The notes under the pieces were generated by a model. The model saw only the letters and a program-made list of their open reading frames with translations, did no database searches and was not told the DNA's origin. A program made the translations under genes and the position numbers. Below are positions 30,608 through 40,129 of a stretch of DNA of 64,000 nucleotides, one piece after another. The stretch covers positions 42,994 through 106,993 of the forward strand of contig CBDBEI010000008.1 of assembly GCA_965204285.1 (NCBI GenBank), in the 5' to 3' direction. Source of the stretch: Candidatus Poribacteria bacterium. Lineage in GTDB: Bacteria; Poribacteria; WGA-4E; WGA-3G. Each line of letters opens with the position of its first letter. Position 1 is the stretch's first letter.

Positions 30608-30710
30608 TTTAAAAGTGGAAATAAAAGGTTTTACGTTCCAAAGCTGGATAATGTCACCGTAATTCCCACTTGCAAAAAACTTGTCCGGTGAAAAAGTAAT
30701 AGGAACAAGC
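30608..30710 (-). pseudogene. Eroded 3' end of a WD40 gene
   Basis: ITFSPDKFFASGNYGDIIQLWNVKPFIS resembles LAFSPDGALLASGSYDGTILLWDVKPFIDS; following spacer is homologous to 19836..19870. Confidence 0.65.
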
Positions 30711-30913
30711 AGGCTCGTTTTATTTCTGCGATGCACTGTTAAGTTTGTGCGTCTTACCTTTACGATACAACCCCAGTTTGGTAGCAACCATAGTGTGTCA
30801 TGAAAAAGGGGGTGGCAGAAACCATCCTCCATAAAGTAAAATAGCGTCCCTAAATGGTTGAAGAAGCGCAACGAATTGGGCAGCTTTAAGCTTATGTTAT
30901 ACCTTCAATTAAA

Positions 30914-30949
30914 CGTCTAATCCGCATGCTAAAGCATGCGGATTAGACG
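30914..30949. repeat. Perfect palindrome after peptide 10 (terminator or REP/IS605-end-like)
   Basis: cgtctaatccgcatgct-aa-agcatgcggattagacg. Confidence 0.6.
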
Positions 30950-30957
30950 AGACGGTG

Positions 30958-31425
30958 TTAATTGGAACACCCATCACTATCACCTTGACAAAAAGTTCTG
31001 TCGTCGCTGAGGTTACAAAAGGTAACCTCTTTATTACACTTAGTTCCTGTGGGACCACAATTATAGTCCTGCGGGCAACCAGAAGAACAAGTTTTTCCGT
31101 CTGTATTCGAACCATTACAATAAGTAACACTACAAAGACCGCATTTAGCGTCATCAGCATGATTACTATCACCATTCGGTAAACCCGCAATACATGTGCA
31201 ATCAGGATTGCCATCAGCTTCAAATACTCGATTGGTGCTGCCACCACAGCCACCCGTGGTTGCAGCGACTAATGTTGCATCACCGCCACAGCAGCATCCT
31301 TTTGCTGCTTCAGACACTGAGGTATCCCAGCTGCCTGTCAGCAAGAAAATACAGCCACCCACAAACAATAAAGCGATTATTACATTTCCAATCGTATTTT
31401 GATGTGTTTTCAACATTTTAGACAT
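30958..31425 (-). CDS. Exported Cys-rich peptide, copy 10 (155 aa; first of the array in transcription order)
   Basis: Conserved leader, CCC variant; 12-Cys domain. Confidence 0.87.
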   Translation of the reverse strand: MSKMLKTHQNTIGNVIIALLFVGGCIFLLTGSWDTSVSEAAKGCCCGGDATLVAATTGGCGGSTNRVFEADGNPDCTCIAGLPNGDSNHADDAKCGLCSVTYCNGSNTDGKTCSSGCPQDYNCGPTGTKCNKEVTFCNLSDDRTFCQGDSDGCSN

Positions 31426-31690
31426 TATTTTTTCTTTTCCTATATTAGGTATAGGGTTATAAGATACAAAAAGTTATACAAAGTTTCAACTAAAACACAC
31501 AAAAACTTAACAGAGTTCTTGCTAAACAATGATACGACAGGGGCCTTCCGAACCCTCGTGTATCGCATTTAATCACTGCTACCAAAAAGTTAACACATGT
31601 CAGAAGAAATGTCAAGAAAATTTTCACTGATTTTTCATAATGATATTTGACACCAAAGGGATGCCAGCACGCCAACTACAGGATTATTTA

Positions 31691-32257
31691 TCAATCCTGA
31701 TACTTTGTTGTACGATATTTCTCATTCGTCTCTATATTGGGAGGATAGTGAATTTCCCAAACTTTAACGTCTATGCCAGCATTTTCATTTGTTGGATACA
31801 CAGGCACGAAGGCTTTGCTATGTTCACCTCTAAGTAATTTGACAGTGAAACTGTTCCAACCAATAGGTGGTATATAGTAAGTCCTTTGCAGTCTAATTTT
31901 AAGATCAAGGTATAAAACGACTCCGCCATTTTCAATCTCCACAAAAATTGGAGAGGTAAGATTGTTTACAACGTTCTGAACAGTTGCGTCTGGGGTCTTT
32001 TCCTGAGGTTGATCAAGTTTTTGGACTGTAGATTCTTCTGTATCATTTTCGTCTCTAAATTTTGCTGTTATCGCTAATGTTTCAGGTGTGGGGCGAGAAA
32101 TATCAATAAAAGACAATAGACATTCTTCGTTTCGTGATTGCATTCGGTGCGGTGTCCCGATCAGTGTTTCTGTGCGCGTCAACCGATAAGTTCTAAACTT
32201 CCTGTCACCGTTTTCATCGCTACCAATAGATGAATAGTTGCTGGACCGAGATATCAT
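31691..32257 (-). CDS. Hypothetical protein
   Basis: 188-aa ORF without a recognised motif; start uncertain. Confidence 0.4.
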   Translation of the reverse strand: MISRSSNYSSIGSDENGDRKFRTYRLTRTETLIGTPHRMQSRNEECLLSFIDISRPTPETLAITAKFRDENDTEESTVQKLDQPQEKTPDATVQNVVNNLTSPIFVEIENGGVVLYLDLKIRLQRTYYIPPIGWNSFTVKLLRGEHSKAFVPVYPTNENAGIDVKVWEIHYPPNIETNEKYRTTKYQD

Positions 32258-32259
32258 AA

Positions 32260-32416
32260 AGCTCCGGATACGGGTCCGGGCCGGGGTGCCATGGACATTC
32301 AGGTTGGGAAACTCTCGGACACCTCATACGGACATTCTATCGTCGGTTGCCGTTAACAGTGTTATTAAGAATGGACGCACTAACGGCGAGATACGGCAAA
32401 AAAACAAGTTTAGCAT
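32260..32416 (-). pseudogene. Degenerate copy of the Pro/Cys-rich peptide at 37607..37849
   Basis: MLNLFFCRISPLVRPFLITL... with hydrophobic-core deletion and small frameshifting deletions. Confidence 0.6.
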
Positions 32417-32520
32417 GTTGTCTTTCCTTTGTAAGGTTCATCTTGACTTCGTCGAAATTCTAAACGATTTCTAAACGATTTGTGAAAAATAGTCAAATTG
32501 TTTTTCACGTTGAGAGTCTG

Positions 32521-33489
32521 TCAATATTTTCTCCGATAGTATAAAAAAGCGGTACCTGCCAAGACTATTTCCGCAGAGAGCATCCAAACCCGACAGAGTA
32601 GAGCGACACTTGTTGCTTGCATCGGGGACATATAGTTCGCGAGCAATACACCTAATAATCCTTCGCGGACGCCTAAGCCACCTGGGGTCAAGAAACTGAG
32701 AAATCCAACAATCCATGCAAATGCAAAAGACGCACTTAGAATACCTACGTGGTTCCATTCCAGAGATACGAGGCTTTGGACAAAGAGAAAAAAGGCGAGG
32801 CCTTGACACATCCATAGCAGAATATGACTTAAAACAATTCTCAACCATTGCGCCAAAAATGATTTCTGAAGAAGTGGTTTTCTTATATTTTGCAGTGTTT
32901 TTACAAATTGTCGTCCTTTTGAGGATAACATTGAAGTTAAGAAGAGTCCCCCTGCAACAATACCTAAGAGAACAAATATAAAGAGAATTGTGTTTCCTGT
33001 AAACTTTTCAAGGGTCTCTTGTGCCGTCCCTCGCATCTGTTGTGAAAAAAGTAATGACACCGAAAAAACACCACCTATGAATGCCTCAACGCCGACATGT
33101 AAGGTAAGACTACTGCCAACAGCGATTTTGCTCAAACCAAACTGTTTGCTCAAAGAGAGAAGTCTAACAATTCCCCATATCCGTCCGGGGAGATAACGCG
33201 TAATATTAGTAAGATGGTATAATGTCCAAGCACTGTGAAAGGAAACAGGTCTTTGTGTGACACCACTCAATAACTTGGCAAATGGATAGACATACGCGCT
33301 TTGATGAAAAAGAATGAGGCTGAACGCTGACAATAACCATTGCCACTGAATTTCAAAGGGTACCTGTTTTAACGAGACATGCGTCTGCAGGAAAGGTTTA
33401 ACAAGGAAATAGAGAAGGATACCCGCGACCAGGATTCCGAGGTATTGACGGATAACTTTCAATACTTGTCCCTTGTGTGGGAAAATCAC
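32521..33489 (-). CDS. Lysylphosphatidylglycerol-synthase TM / YbhN-like flippase-domain membrane protein
   Basis: Multi-TM protein with RYLPGRIW and TPGGLGVREG motifs. Confidence 0.85.
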   Translation of the reverse strand: MIFPHKGQVLKVIRQYLGILVAGILLYFLVKPFLQTHVSLKQVPFEIQWQWLLSAFSLILFHQSAYVYPFAKLLSGVTQRPVSFHSAWTLYHLTNITRYLPGRIWGIVRLLSLSKQFGLSKIAVGSSLTLHVGVEAFIGGVFSVSLLFSQQMRGTAQETLEKFTGNTILFIFVLLGIVAGGLFLTSMLSSKGRQFVKTLQNIRKPLLQKSFLAQWLRIVLSHILLWMCQGLAFFLFVQSLVSLEWNHVGILSASFAFAWIVGFLSFLTPGGLGVREGLLGVLLANYMSPMQATSVALLCRVWMLSAEIVLAGTAFLYYRRKY

Positions 33490-33504
33490 ACTAAAAACAC
33501 TGAT

Positions 33505-33610
33505 GTCCGCTTTGTCAGCTTCTTCATTACCAGGATCGAGACAGGCACAATTGGAACTACCAGAGCCAGATACTTGATTGGCACTGCCACAACAACCGCC
33601 TGTGGTTGCA
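33505..33610 (-). pseudogene. Remnant of an 11th Cys-rich peptide gene
   Basis: ATTGGCCGSANQVSGSGSSNCACLDPGNEEAD, in frame with the downstream membrane protein. Confidence 0.8.
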
Positions 33611-33641
33611 AAAATTATAGAATTAAGTTTCTATGTAATAA

Positions 33642-33670
33642 ATTATATTCGAACGTGCGATTTTTGTCAA
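33642..33670 (-). promoter_or_regulatory. Cassette-type sigma70 promoter
   Basis: TTGACA-17-TATAAT within sequence homologous to the array promoters. Confidence 0.75.
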
Positions 33671-33725
33671 GTGCTTTGCAGAAAATATGGATGGAAGAAG
33701 CAATATGCTACCGTCAAAAAAAAAA

Positions 33726-36527
33726 TTAGGTAGCTACTTGCAATGGATAGAGAGTCGTTGGTGTCTTTACCAATCGTTCCTCTATTTCTGACCTCGCATT
33801 TACATCCTTTGCCAACAACACCAAAAAACCGCCGCCGCCCGCACCAGCGATCCCGTAACCGGAGCATAAATCAGAGACAGATTCTAACATCGCATCAATC
33901 ATTGGATTCGTCGTGTCAGGGTTGAGGATTTTCTTTCCTTCCCAATAGCGCGTCAGTAGATATCCAAACCGATCAATCTCTCCGTCTACCAAAGAATCTC
34001 GCATCAAATACGCATCGGAGCGCAGTTGTGTTAGGGTGCCGACCAGATCTTCTCGTCGGGAGAGCCAATCGGTGACAACTTGTTCCAGAATATTCTTTGC
34101 TACCCGTTGTTGCCCCGTATAAACCAATAGGAGCCGTTCCGATAATGCTTGTGATGTCTTAGGTGTCAGAGAAATCTCCTCAACGGAGAACCGCTGTGGT
34201 ATTCCCGGTTCTGTTGTCGTCAGTTTCCACCCTGGCACCATACCACCGACCTGGTCCTGCCACCCTCCCCCGGAAGTAAGCATCTGCTCAACGACGAGAA
34301 CCTGATTGAATAATTCCTCGTCTGTCCATCGCACCCCCATTAACTGCCAAAGTGCTTTCACCAATCCGCCAGCGAGGATACTGCTGGCGCCGAGTCCTGA
34401 CCCCATTGGGACATCGCAGTGACTGATTAGTTCTAAACCGGAAAAACCACCTGTGACGCCTCTGATATTAATGGTGTTATTTGACATTTCAAGCAGACCT
34501 AACGCCTTCAACACTGTGCGATGCAATGCCAAAGGATCATTCAGATGGATAGGAGTCTCAAACGATTCAACATCGTGAATCTCCGATTCCTTTTTTTGAT
34601 CGAAAGACTTTAGTCGGATGACTGATTTAGGAATCCAGCGTGCGGTGACGGAGATCGGATAGCGTCCATTCAACAACAAGGCAACATTCAACACGGCACC
34701 CCCTTTCTCCAAGCTGATTGGCGGGGTATCGGTCCACCCACCCGCGAGATCAATCCGAACAGGCAGTTGGACGGTCACAGCAGTGGGAATGTCACCTATA
34801 GATTTGGAATTATGCGGCATTTTCATGGTTGGCGTGACGATACTCTTCGATACGGCTTCACGAACAGCGGCAAACGCTTGCGTATAGTGGTCATCGCGTT
34901 TTTGCTCATAGTCTATTAGATTGGGAAACATTCCCATTGGAGGTGAAACAAGTATTGGATCATTCAACGGTGGTGTTTCTATAAATGGTGAACACAGATC
35001 GGCTGCAATTTTGTGTAATCGAGCTCGGTGCAACGGGTTCTCAATGCATCCGATAACCTCATCAAAAACAGACATCGCCCTTTGATATCCGTAAGGTGTC
35101 AATAGAACCTGAAACAGTGGACGAATATCAGTATCTGTTTCTGTCTCAACCGTCTCTATAATGGTTACCGCCACTTTTGAAGCTTCTGCTTGTTGATGTA
35201 GAATGAAAGCTTTCACTCTATCAGCACGGGCCATGATATCAGCCATAGAGAGCCTTTCAGTGTTCAGCCATCCCGGGTCGGGATTCTGAAACCAGTCGGG
35301 ACGCTCAATTGAATCTTCTATTGAAATGTCAAAGGAAACATTCAAATTATCCGTGTGATAGACAGGATAGAGACGTGCATTCCAGAGACAACGTTGAGGC
35401 ACGTCTACCATCTGTTCTTTGTGCCAAATCACATCAGGTGTTAATTCGTGCTGTCGGAGCCATTGGAGAATCGATTCACCAAAGAGCGTGACTTTCTCTC
35501 CACAGACGGTGGGCACATCCATCACGCCATAGGTTAGGTTCACCCATTCGTCCTTGTCCAACGGAACCTCACACGAAATTGAAGTGTGTGCTTTAATCGG
35601 GTGTTTAATTAGTTCGAGATACTCTCGCGTTGTGCCGGTATGGATAAATTCAAGCGATAGTGGACTACAAGCACTGAATCTAAGTGTAGACAGTACTTCC
35701 CACAATGTATTCCGAAGGTACGGGTGTTTGTTTGCGAACTGACGACGATCTGTTTGGATTGCCATCGCAGGAAGCATGTCATCGTATAGATCAACGGAAA
35801 TATCTTCAGTCAACTGATCGCCCAACGATTGTAATTGTTCAACAGCAGTGGGATAAAAGAGTAAAACTCCTGTGTCAATAGCCACGCGATCATCAGGGTT
35901 GCAAACATCTGCTTCACGTAACCTATTGGCGGGATACTTTTGTAGACAACGTAGAACTTTCCCCGTATCAGGATCAACGTCATAGACACCGTGTCGACTC
36001 CCCAGTTCAGGAGAACCCCAATAGACAACTCCTGTCACATCGGAGTCTTTCGGGAATGCAATTGCATTGGGAGGTGAAGACGAAGTGTCTGAGTCGTTCA
36101 GCTGTATCCAAGTGTCTCCACATGCAACAACTATCCCCGCATCAATCTGAGTACCAAGGGACGTCAGAAAGTTGGACATCACCTCAAAAATGGAGTCCCT
36201 TGGAAATGGGAGCGGGGCAAAGATTTTCCCTAAAATACTTTGATGGGGAATTCGTTTGCTGTCGCCACCGGAATGGAGTATAAGAAGACGGCTGTCTATT
36301 CCGTTCGCTTCTTGACCGATGCTTTTCAAATATCTGAGGACGTGAAGTGTTGCACCACCACTACCGACACGTACCCCATTGGGATCAGGAATGACAAGGT
36401 ATTCTGTCTCTGGATGAAGCACGCCAGCCCTTTTGAGACGTTGGAGCTGGAGCCGGTAGATAATCGCTTGGGACTCATTTGCGGCAGTGAGTACACATTT
36501 GTCCCAGACCTTATTGTACACTGTCAT
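33726..36527 (-). CDS. fkp: Bifunctional L-fucokinase / GDP-L-fucose pyrophosphorylase-like protein
   Basis: N-terminal DP...RVGSGGATL and HSGGDSKRIP; C-terminal GHMP kinase motifs PVRIDLAGGWTDTPP, PMGSGLGASS, GGGWQDQ, GAGGGGF. Confidence 0.85.
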   Translation of the reverse strand: MTVYNKVWDKCVLTAANESQAIIYRLQLQRLKRAGVLHPETEYLVIPDPNGVRVGSGGATLHVLRYLKSIGQEANGIDSRLLILHSGGDSKRIPHQSILGKIFAPLPFPRDSIFEVMSNFLTSLGTQIDAGIVVACGDTWIQLNDSDTSSSPPNAIAFPKDSDVTGVVYWGSPELGSRHGVYDVDPDTGKVLRCLQKYPANRLREADVCNPDDRVAIDTGVLLFYPTAVEQLQSLGDQLTEDISVDLYDDMLPAMAIQTDRRQFANKHPYLRNTLWEVLSTLRFSACSPLSLEFIHTGTTREYLELIKHPIKAHTSISCEVPLDKDEWVNLTYGVMDVPTVCGEKVTLFGESILQWLRQHELTPDVIWHKEQMVDVPQRCLWNARLYPVYHTDNLNVSFDISIEDSIERPDWFQNPDPGWLNTERLSMADIMARADRVKAFILHQQAEASKVAVTIIETVETETDTDIRPLFQVLLTPYGYQRAMSVFDEVIGCIENPLHRARLHKIAADLCSPFIETPPLNDPILVSPPMGMFPNLIDYEQKRDDHYTQAFAAVREAVSKSIVTPTMKMPHNSKSIGDIPTAVTVQLPVRIDLAGGWTDTPPISLEKGGAVLNVALLLNGRYPISVTARWIPKSVIRLKSFDQKKESEIHDVESFETPIHLNDPLALHRTVLKALGLLEMSNNTINIRGVTGGFSGLELISHCDVPMGSGLGASSILAGGLVKALWQLMGVRWTDEELFNQVLVVEQMLTSGGGWQDQVGGMVPGWKLTTTEPGIPQRFSVEEISLTPKTSQALSERLLLVYTGQQRVAKNILEQVVTDWLSRREDLVGTLTQLRSDAYLMRDSLVDGEIDRFGYLLTRYWEGKKILNPDTTNPMIDAMLESVSDLCSGYGIAGAGGGGFLVLLAKDVNARSEIEERLVKTPTTLYPLQVAT

Positions 36528-36551
36528 TTTCCCTATATTTATGAGCTATCC

Positions 36552-37493
36552 TCAATCCACAATAATATCGTTGTACTTCTTCCAATGATTCTTTTTATTG
36601 CAGAGCATGACTTTTAACCAAAGTGGCATATACTTATGGTTGCTTCCTAAGAAATAGCCCAAGAACCTCATAAACTCATAAAGCATGGCATAAGGAAGAC
36701 GGTTTACCTTGCCATGTTTCACTATGTATTGACATTCCGCTTTGAGATATTTTAAGCCTTCAATGATAAAAATTGATTTCGGATATTCTATCTTTTCATG
36801 ACGATAAACATACGGTAACGTCGCTCCAGTATCGAAGAACCGATGGAAGACCTGTTTTAAAGAGTAATTATGAGAATGATACACGACAGACTCACTTGTA
36901 TAAGCAATTTTATAACCGGCGAACAACACCCTTTTTGCCCATTCATGATCCTCACACATCAACATCTCTGGTAGTTTTATTTTTTCCCAAATATCCTTTC
37001 GTATTGCAGAATTTGCATTGGAGAAAAACATAAGATTTGTCAGTTGAACCTTGCCTTGATCATCCATTTCTCGTATATCATTCTTTGTTGGATAAAAGTA
37101 TTGGAGAAAGAATTCTTCCATGGGACTCGCGTCTTTTTTCGGATGCTGCCTACCAAATACACCGGCTACCATAGAATCTTTAAATGGCATTAGCAACTTT
37201 GTGAGCCACTGCGGATCTTTTATAACAACATCCGCCGACAAGAAGATCAAGTAATTTCCACTTGCCATACGCGCACCGTAGTTCCGAGTGCCACCATAAT
37301 TATAATTATCTTCTTCAACGCGAATAAACTCAACTGGAAAGCGTTTTGCGATTTCAGGAGTCTTGTCGTTAGAGGAATCTAAAATAATGGTTTCAATCTC
37401 GCCCGAATAATCTTGATGATATACACTGCTAAGTAAGTCGCCGATATACTCTTCGACATTTTTTGTAGGTAGGATTACACTAACTTTTGTCAT
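36552..37493 (-). CDS. Glycosyltransferase family 2
   Basis: VSVILPTKN, ILDSS.D.T, FLSADV, MCEDHEW, VYHSHNY. Confidence 0.9.
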   Translation of the reverse strand: MTKVSVILPTKNVEEYIGDLLSSVYHQDYSGEIETIILDSSNDKTPEIAKRFPVEFIRVEEDNYNYGGTRNYGARMASGNYLIFLSADVVIKDPQWLTKLLMPFKDSMVAGVFGRQHPKKDASPMEEFFLQYFYPTKNDIREMDDQGKVQLTNLMFFSNANSAIRKDIWEKIKLPEMLMCEDHEWAKRVLFAGYKIAYTSESVVYHSHNYSLKQVFHRFFDTGATLPYVYRHEKIEYPKSIFIIEGLKYLKAECQYIVKHGKVNRLPYAMLYEFMRFLGYFLGSNHKYMPLWLKVMLCNKKNHWKKYNDIIVD

Positions 37494-37606
37494 ACAAATA
37501 CTCTCGGCTAGTTCAGTAACCGTTATCTTTTGTGGATGACTCTTATCTTGATTATCTTGATTATCTTGATGTTCTACAGTATGGAGTTACGTTGAAACTC
37601 AAACAA

Positions 37607-37849
37607 TTATTGATTATCTTTTTGTTTTGGACAAGGATCTTCATAGACCTCCGGACACGGGGTCGGGTCGGGGTGCCCTGGACATTCAGGTGGGGGAACT
37701 CTCGGACACCTCTCATACGGACATTCTATTCTATCGTCGGTTGCCGTTAGCAGCTTATTCGCACCTAACAAGAGGACACCAACAATAAACAGTGTTATTA
37801 AGAATGGACGCACTAATGGCGAGATACGGCGATAAAACAAGTTTAGCAT
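37607..37849 (-). CDS. Small exported Pro/Cys-rich peptide (~80 aa)
   Basis: Hydrophobic leader followed by five CP motifs (ECPYERCPRVPPPECPGHPDPTPCPEVYEDPCPK). Confidence 0.6.
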   Translation of the reverse strand: MLNLFYRRISPLVRPFLITLFIVGVLLLGANKLLTATDDRIECPYERCPRVPPPECPGHPDPTPCPEVYEDPCPKQKDNQ

Positions 37850-37942
37850 GTTGTCTTTCCTTTGCAAGGTTCATCTTGACTTCGTCAGAAATTCTAAACG
37901 ATTTGTCAAAAATAGTCAAATTATTTTCACGTTGAGAGTCTG

Positions 37943-38276
37943 TCAATATTTTCTCCGATAGTATAAGAAAGCGATACCTGTCAAGACTATTTCCGTAGAG
38001 CATCCAAACCCGACAGAGTAGAGCGACACTTGTTGCTTGCATCGGGGACATATAGTTCGCGAGCAATACACCTAATAATCCTTCGCGGGCGCCTAAGCCA
38101 CCTGGGGTCAAGAAACTGAGAAATCCAACAATCCATGCGAATACAAAAGACGCACTTAGAACACCTGCGTGCTTCCATTTCACAGACACGAGGCTTTGGA
38201 CAAAGAGAAAAAGGCGATACCTTGACACCCCATAGCAGAATGTGACTTGAAAAAATCTTCAACCATTGCGCCAAAA
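37943..38276 (-). pseudogene. Truncated, frameshifted duplicate of the 3' part of 32521..33489
   Basis: High DNA similarity to 32521..32857; homology ends abruptly at 38276. Confidence 0.8.
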
Positions 38277-38312
38277 CGGATTTTATGGTATACTGCGTGG
38301 CGTGGGAATCCG

Positions 38313-38444
38313 TTAGCGTATGCGGATTGAGTGTTCAATTCGACTAAGCTGGCGTTGTATGTCTTTTATACGGCTTTGAGTCCTGCGTATCTTGATCTTA
38401 CGCATAGCTCAATTATGGCGTATGCGTGCTTTCGTAATTGGCAC
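38313..38444 (-). pseudogene. Basic micro-protein (43 codons, internal TGA)
   Basis: GGAGG RBS; MPITKARIRHN*AMRKIKIRRTQSRIKDIQRQLSRIEHSIRIR; aligns without gaps to 40130..40264. Confidence 0.6.
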
Positions 38445-38510
38445 GGGAAACACCTCCCACAGCACTTAAATTTAGCAGTGTTTCTGTCGGGGAAGCACTG
38501 CTAATGATGC

Positions 38511-38539
38511 ATTATAACATATCTTTATACTTTTGTCAA
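38511..38539 (-). promoter_or_regulatory. Consensus sigma70 promoter
   Basis: TTGACA-17-TATAAT, followed by a hairpin at ~38473..38503. Confidence 0.7.
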
Positions 38540-38928
38540 TGTAAGCGTTTCCTCCTGAACAGGTCAATGCCCTGACCTGATAAAATCGGTTTTACCGACT
38601 TGACACAAATTGAAAAATGTGTTACAATATACCTCATTAAAAAACGCAATAAGTAGATATGGGATTCAGTTTTCACCATTATATCACACCTTAATAATTC
38701 CCACCTAATGTTTTTATTTGACATTTCCCTTTTAAAATAGTAAGATTTCAACTGACGAAACTTAAATACCTATTGAGAGCATGGGTATCCCATATCTAAT
38801 GTAAATTGGGTATTTAGGTTTCGTCACCAGGGATACCCTTCCTTGTTTTAAAAGGTTGAAATAGGGTATTCAGTGACTTATATTGGAGAACATCAAAATG
38901 TAAAACTTATAAATTGTGGAGAATTACA

Positions 38929-40028
38929 ATGAGAAAACGATTTTGCTTTATTGCACTGTTGCTACTAAGTTTTGTTTTATTTCCGGTAAGTTCTAACGCC
39001 CTTGACCCATTTACAGCCCGTGTTATCTATTTCCAACCTGCAGACGTTGACGATCCAAATATGCCTGATTTAATACGTAATCGCATGGAAGATGTCCATG
39101 AATTCTATGCCAGTGAAATGGATAGGCATGGTTTTGGACATAAGACTTTTCGTATTGAAAAAGATGTAAACGATAAAATTGTTGTTCACACTATCAATGG
39201 CAAACATAATGCCGACCACTATGGCAACGTACCGAAAACACATATTGCCATGCAACCTGAACTTCCTAAAGAATTCCTCAATCACAAGAATGCAAATATC
39301 TTTTTCATTGGTGGCATAAAGCACTATAATAATGGCACAGGTGGAATTGCACTTGGTGTTGTTTTTTGGGTGCTGGTAATAATGGCGGATATGCACTTAT
39401 TCCTACAAGAAACATGGAATTTGATGTCGTTGTTCATGAAGTTGGGCATGTATTTGGTTTATCACATAATCAACACAGAGATAATCCTGATTTTGTGATG
39501 GGACGCAATGCTGGAGACGATGGATTCGCACATCATGAGGCACGATGGCTTGACAAGAGTTCATATTTCAACCATAACCCGCAGCCAATAGGTGTGATAC
39601 CAACATTAACGAGAATCCATCCCATAATGCGTGTTCATGATGATATTAAGTTGAATATAGACATTCAAAGTCCAAATGGTGTGCATCAAGTAGAAATAGC
39701 GCGCACTTCAGATCGCGCTGTTGTCGCATGGGATTATATGAATGGACAACCAAAAGTAACAGCCAGATTTGATTTTGATAGGTGGGCATTAGAAGCAGAT
39801 AAAAACCGCATTTGGATCCGTATCATTGACACACAAGGTGCTTTGAGTCAAACGTTAAGAGATATTATTATACCTTCGCGTCCGCGTCAAAAGAATCCAA
39901 TAGAAACGCCACCTGACCCCGAACCAAAGCCTGAAGTTGAACCTACTCCCAAACCTGAACCGCCTAAATTTGTGCCGACTCGCGGGCATCTCACAACATC
40001 GTGGGCAAAAATGAAAAGACGGAGATAA
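38929..40028 (+). pseudogene. Secreted zinc metalloprotease, frameshifted
   Basis: Signal peptide; HEVGHVFGLSH in the second frame; PE-rich linker; tail GHLTTSWAKMKRRR; frame change at gttttttggg (~39362-39370). Confidence 0.8.
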
Positions 40029-40129
40029 TCCTTATTCAGAAAAGGATAAAATTACCTTTTAATTGAATTGAACCTGTGTTATAATTTGTTGGGAGGGCAG
40101 ACAATATGTCTACCCTCATTTGTGCAATA

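Noticed and set aside
1-31425. Diversity-generating retroelement as the source of array variation
   Set aside because: No reverse transcriptase or template repeat in the window; differences include indels and block swaps rather than adenine-only changes
804-31425. Cys-rich peptides as RiPP (ranthipeptide/lanthipeptide) precursors
   Set aside because: No radical SAM, LanM, YcaO or peptidase-transporter gene nearby, and the leader looks like a Sec signal; enzymes acting in trans cannot be excluded
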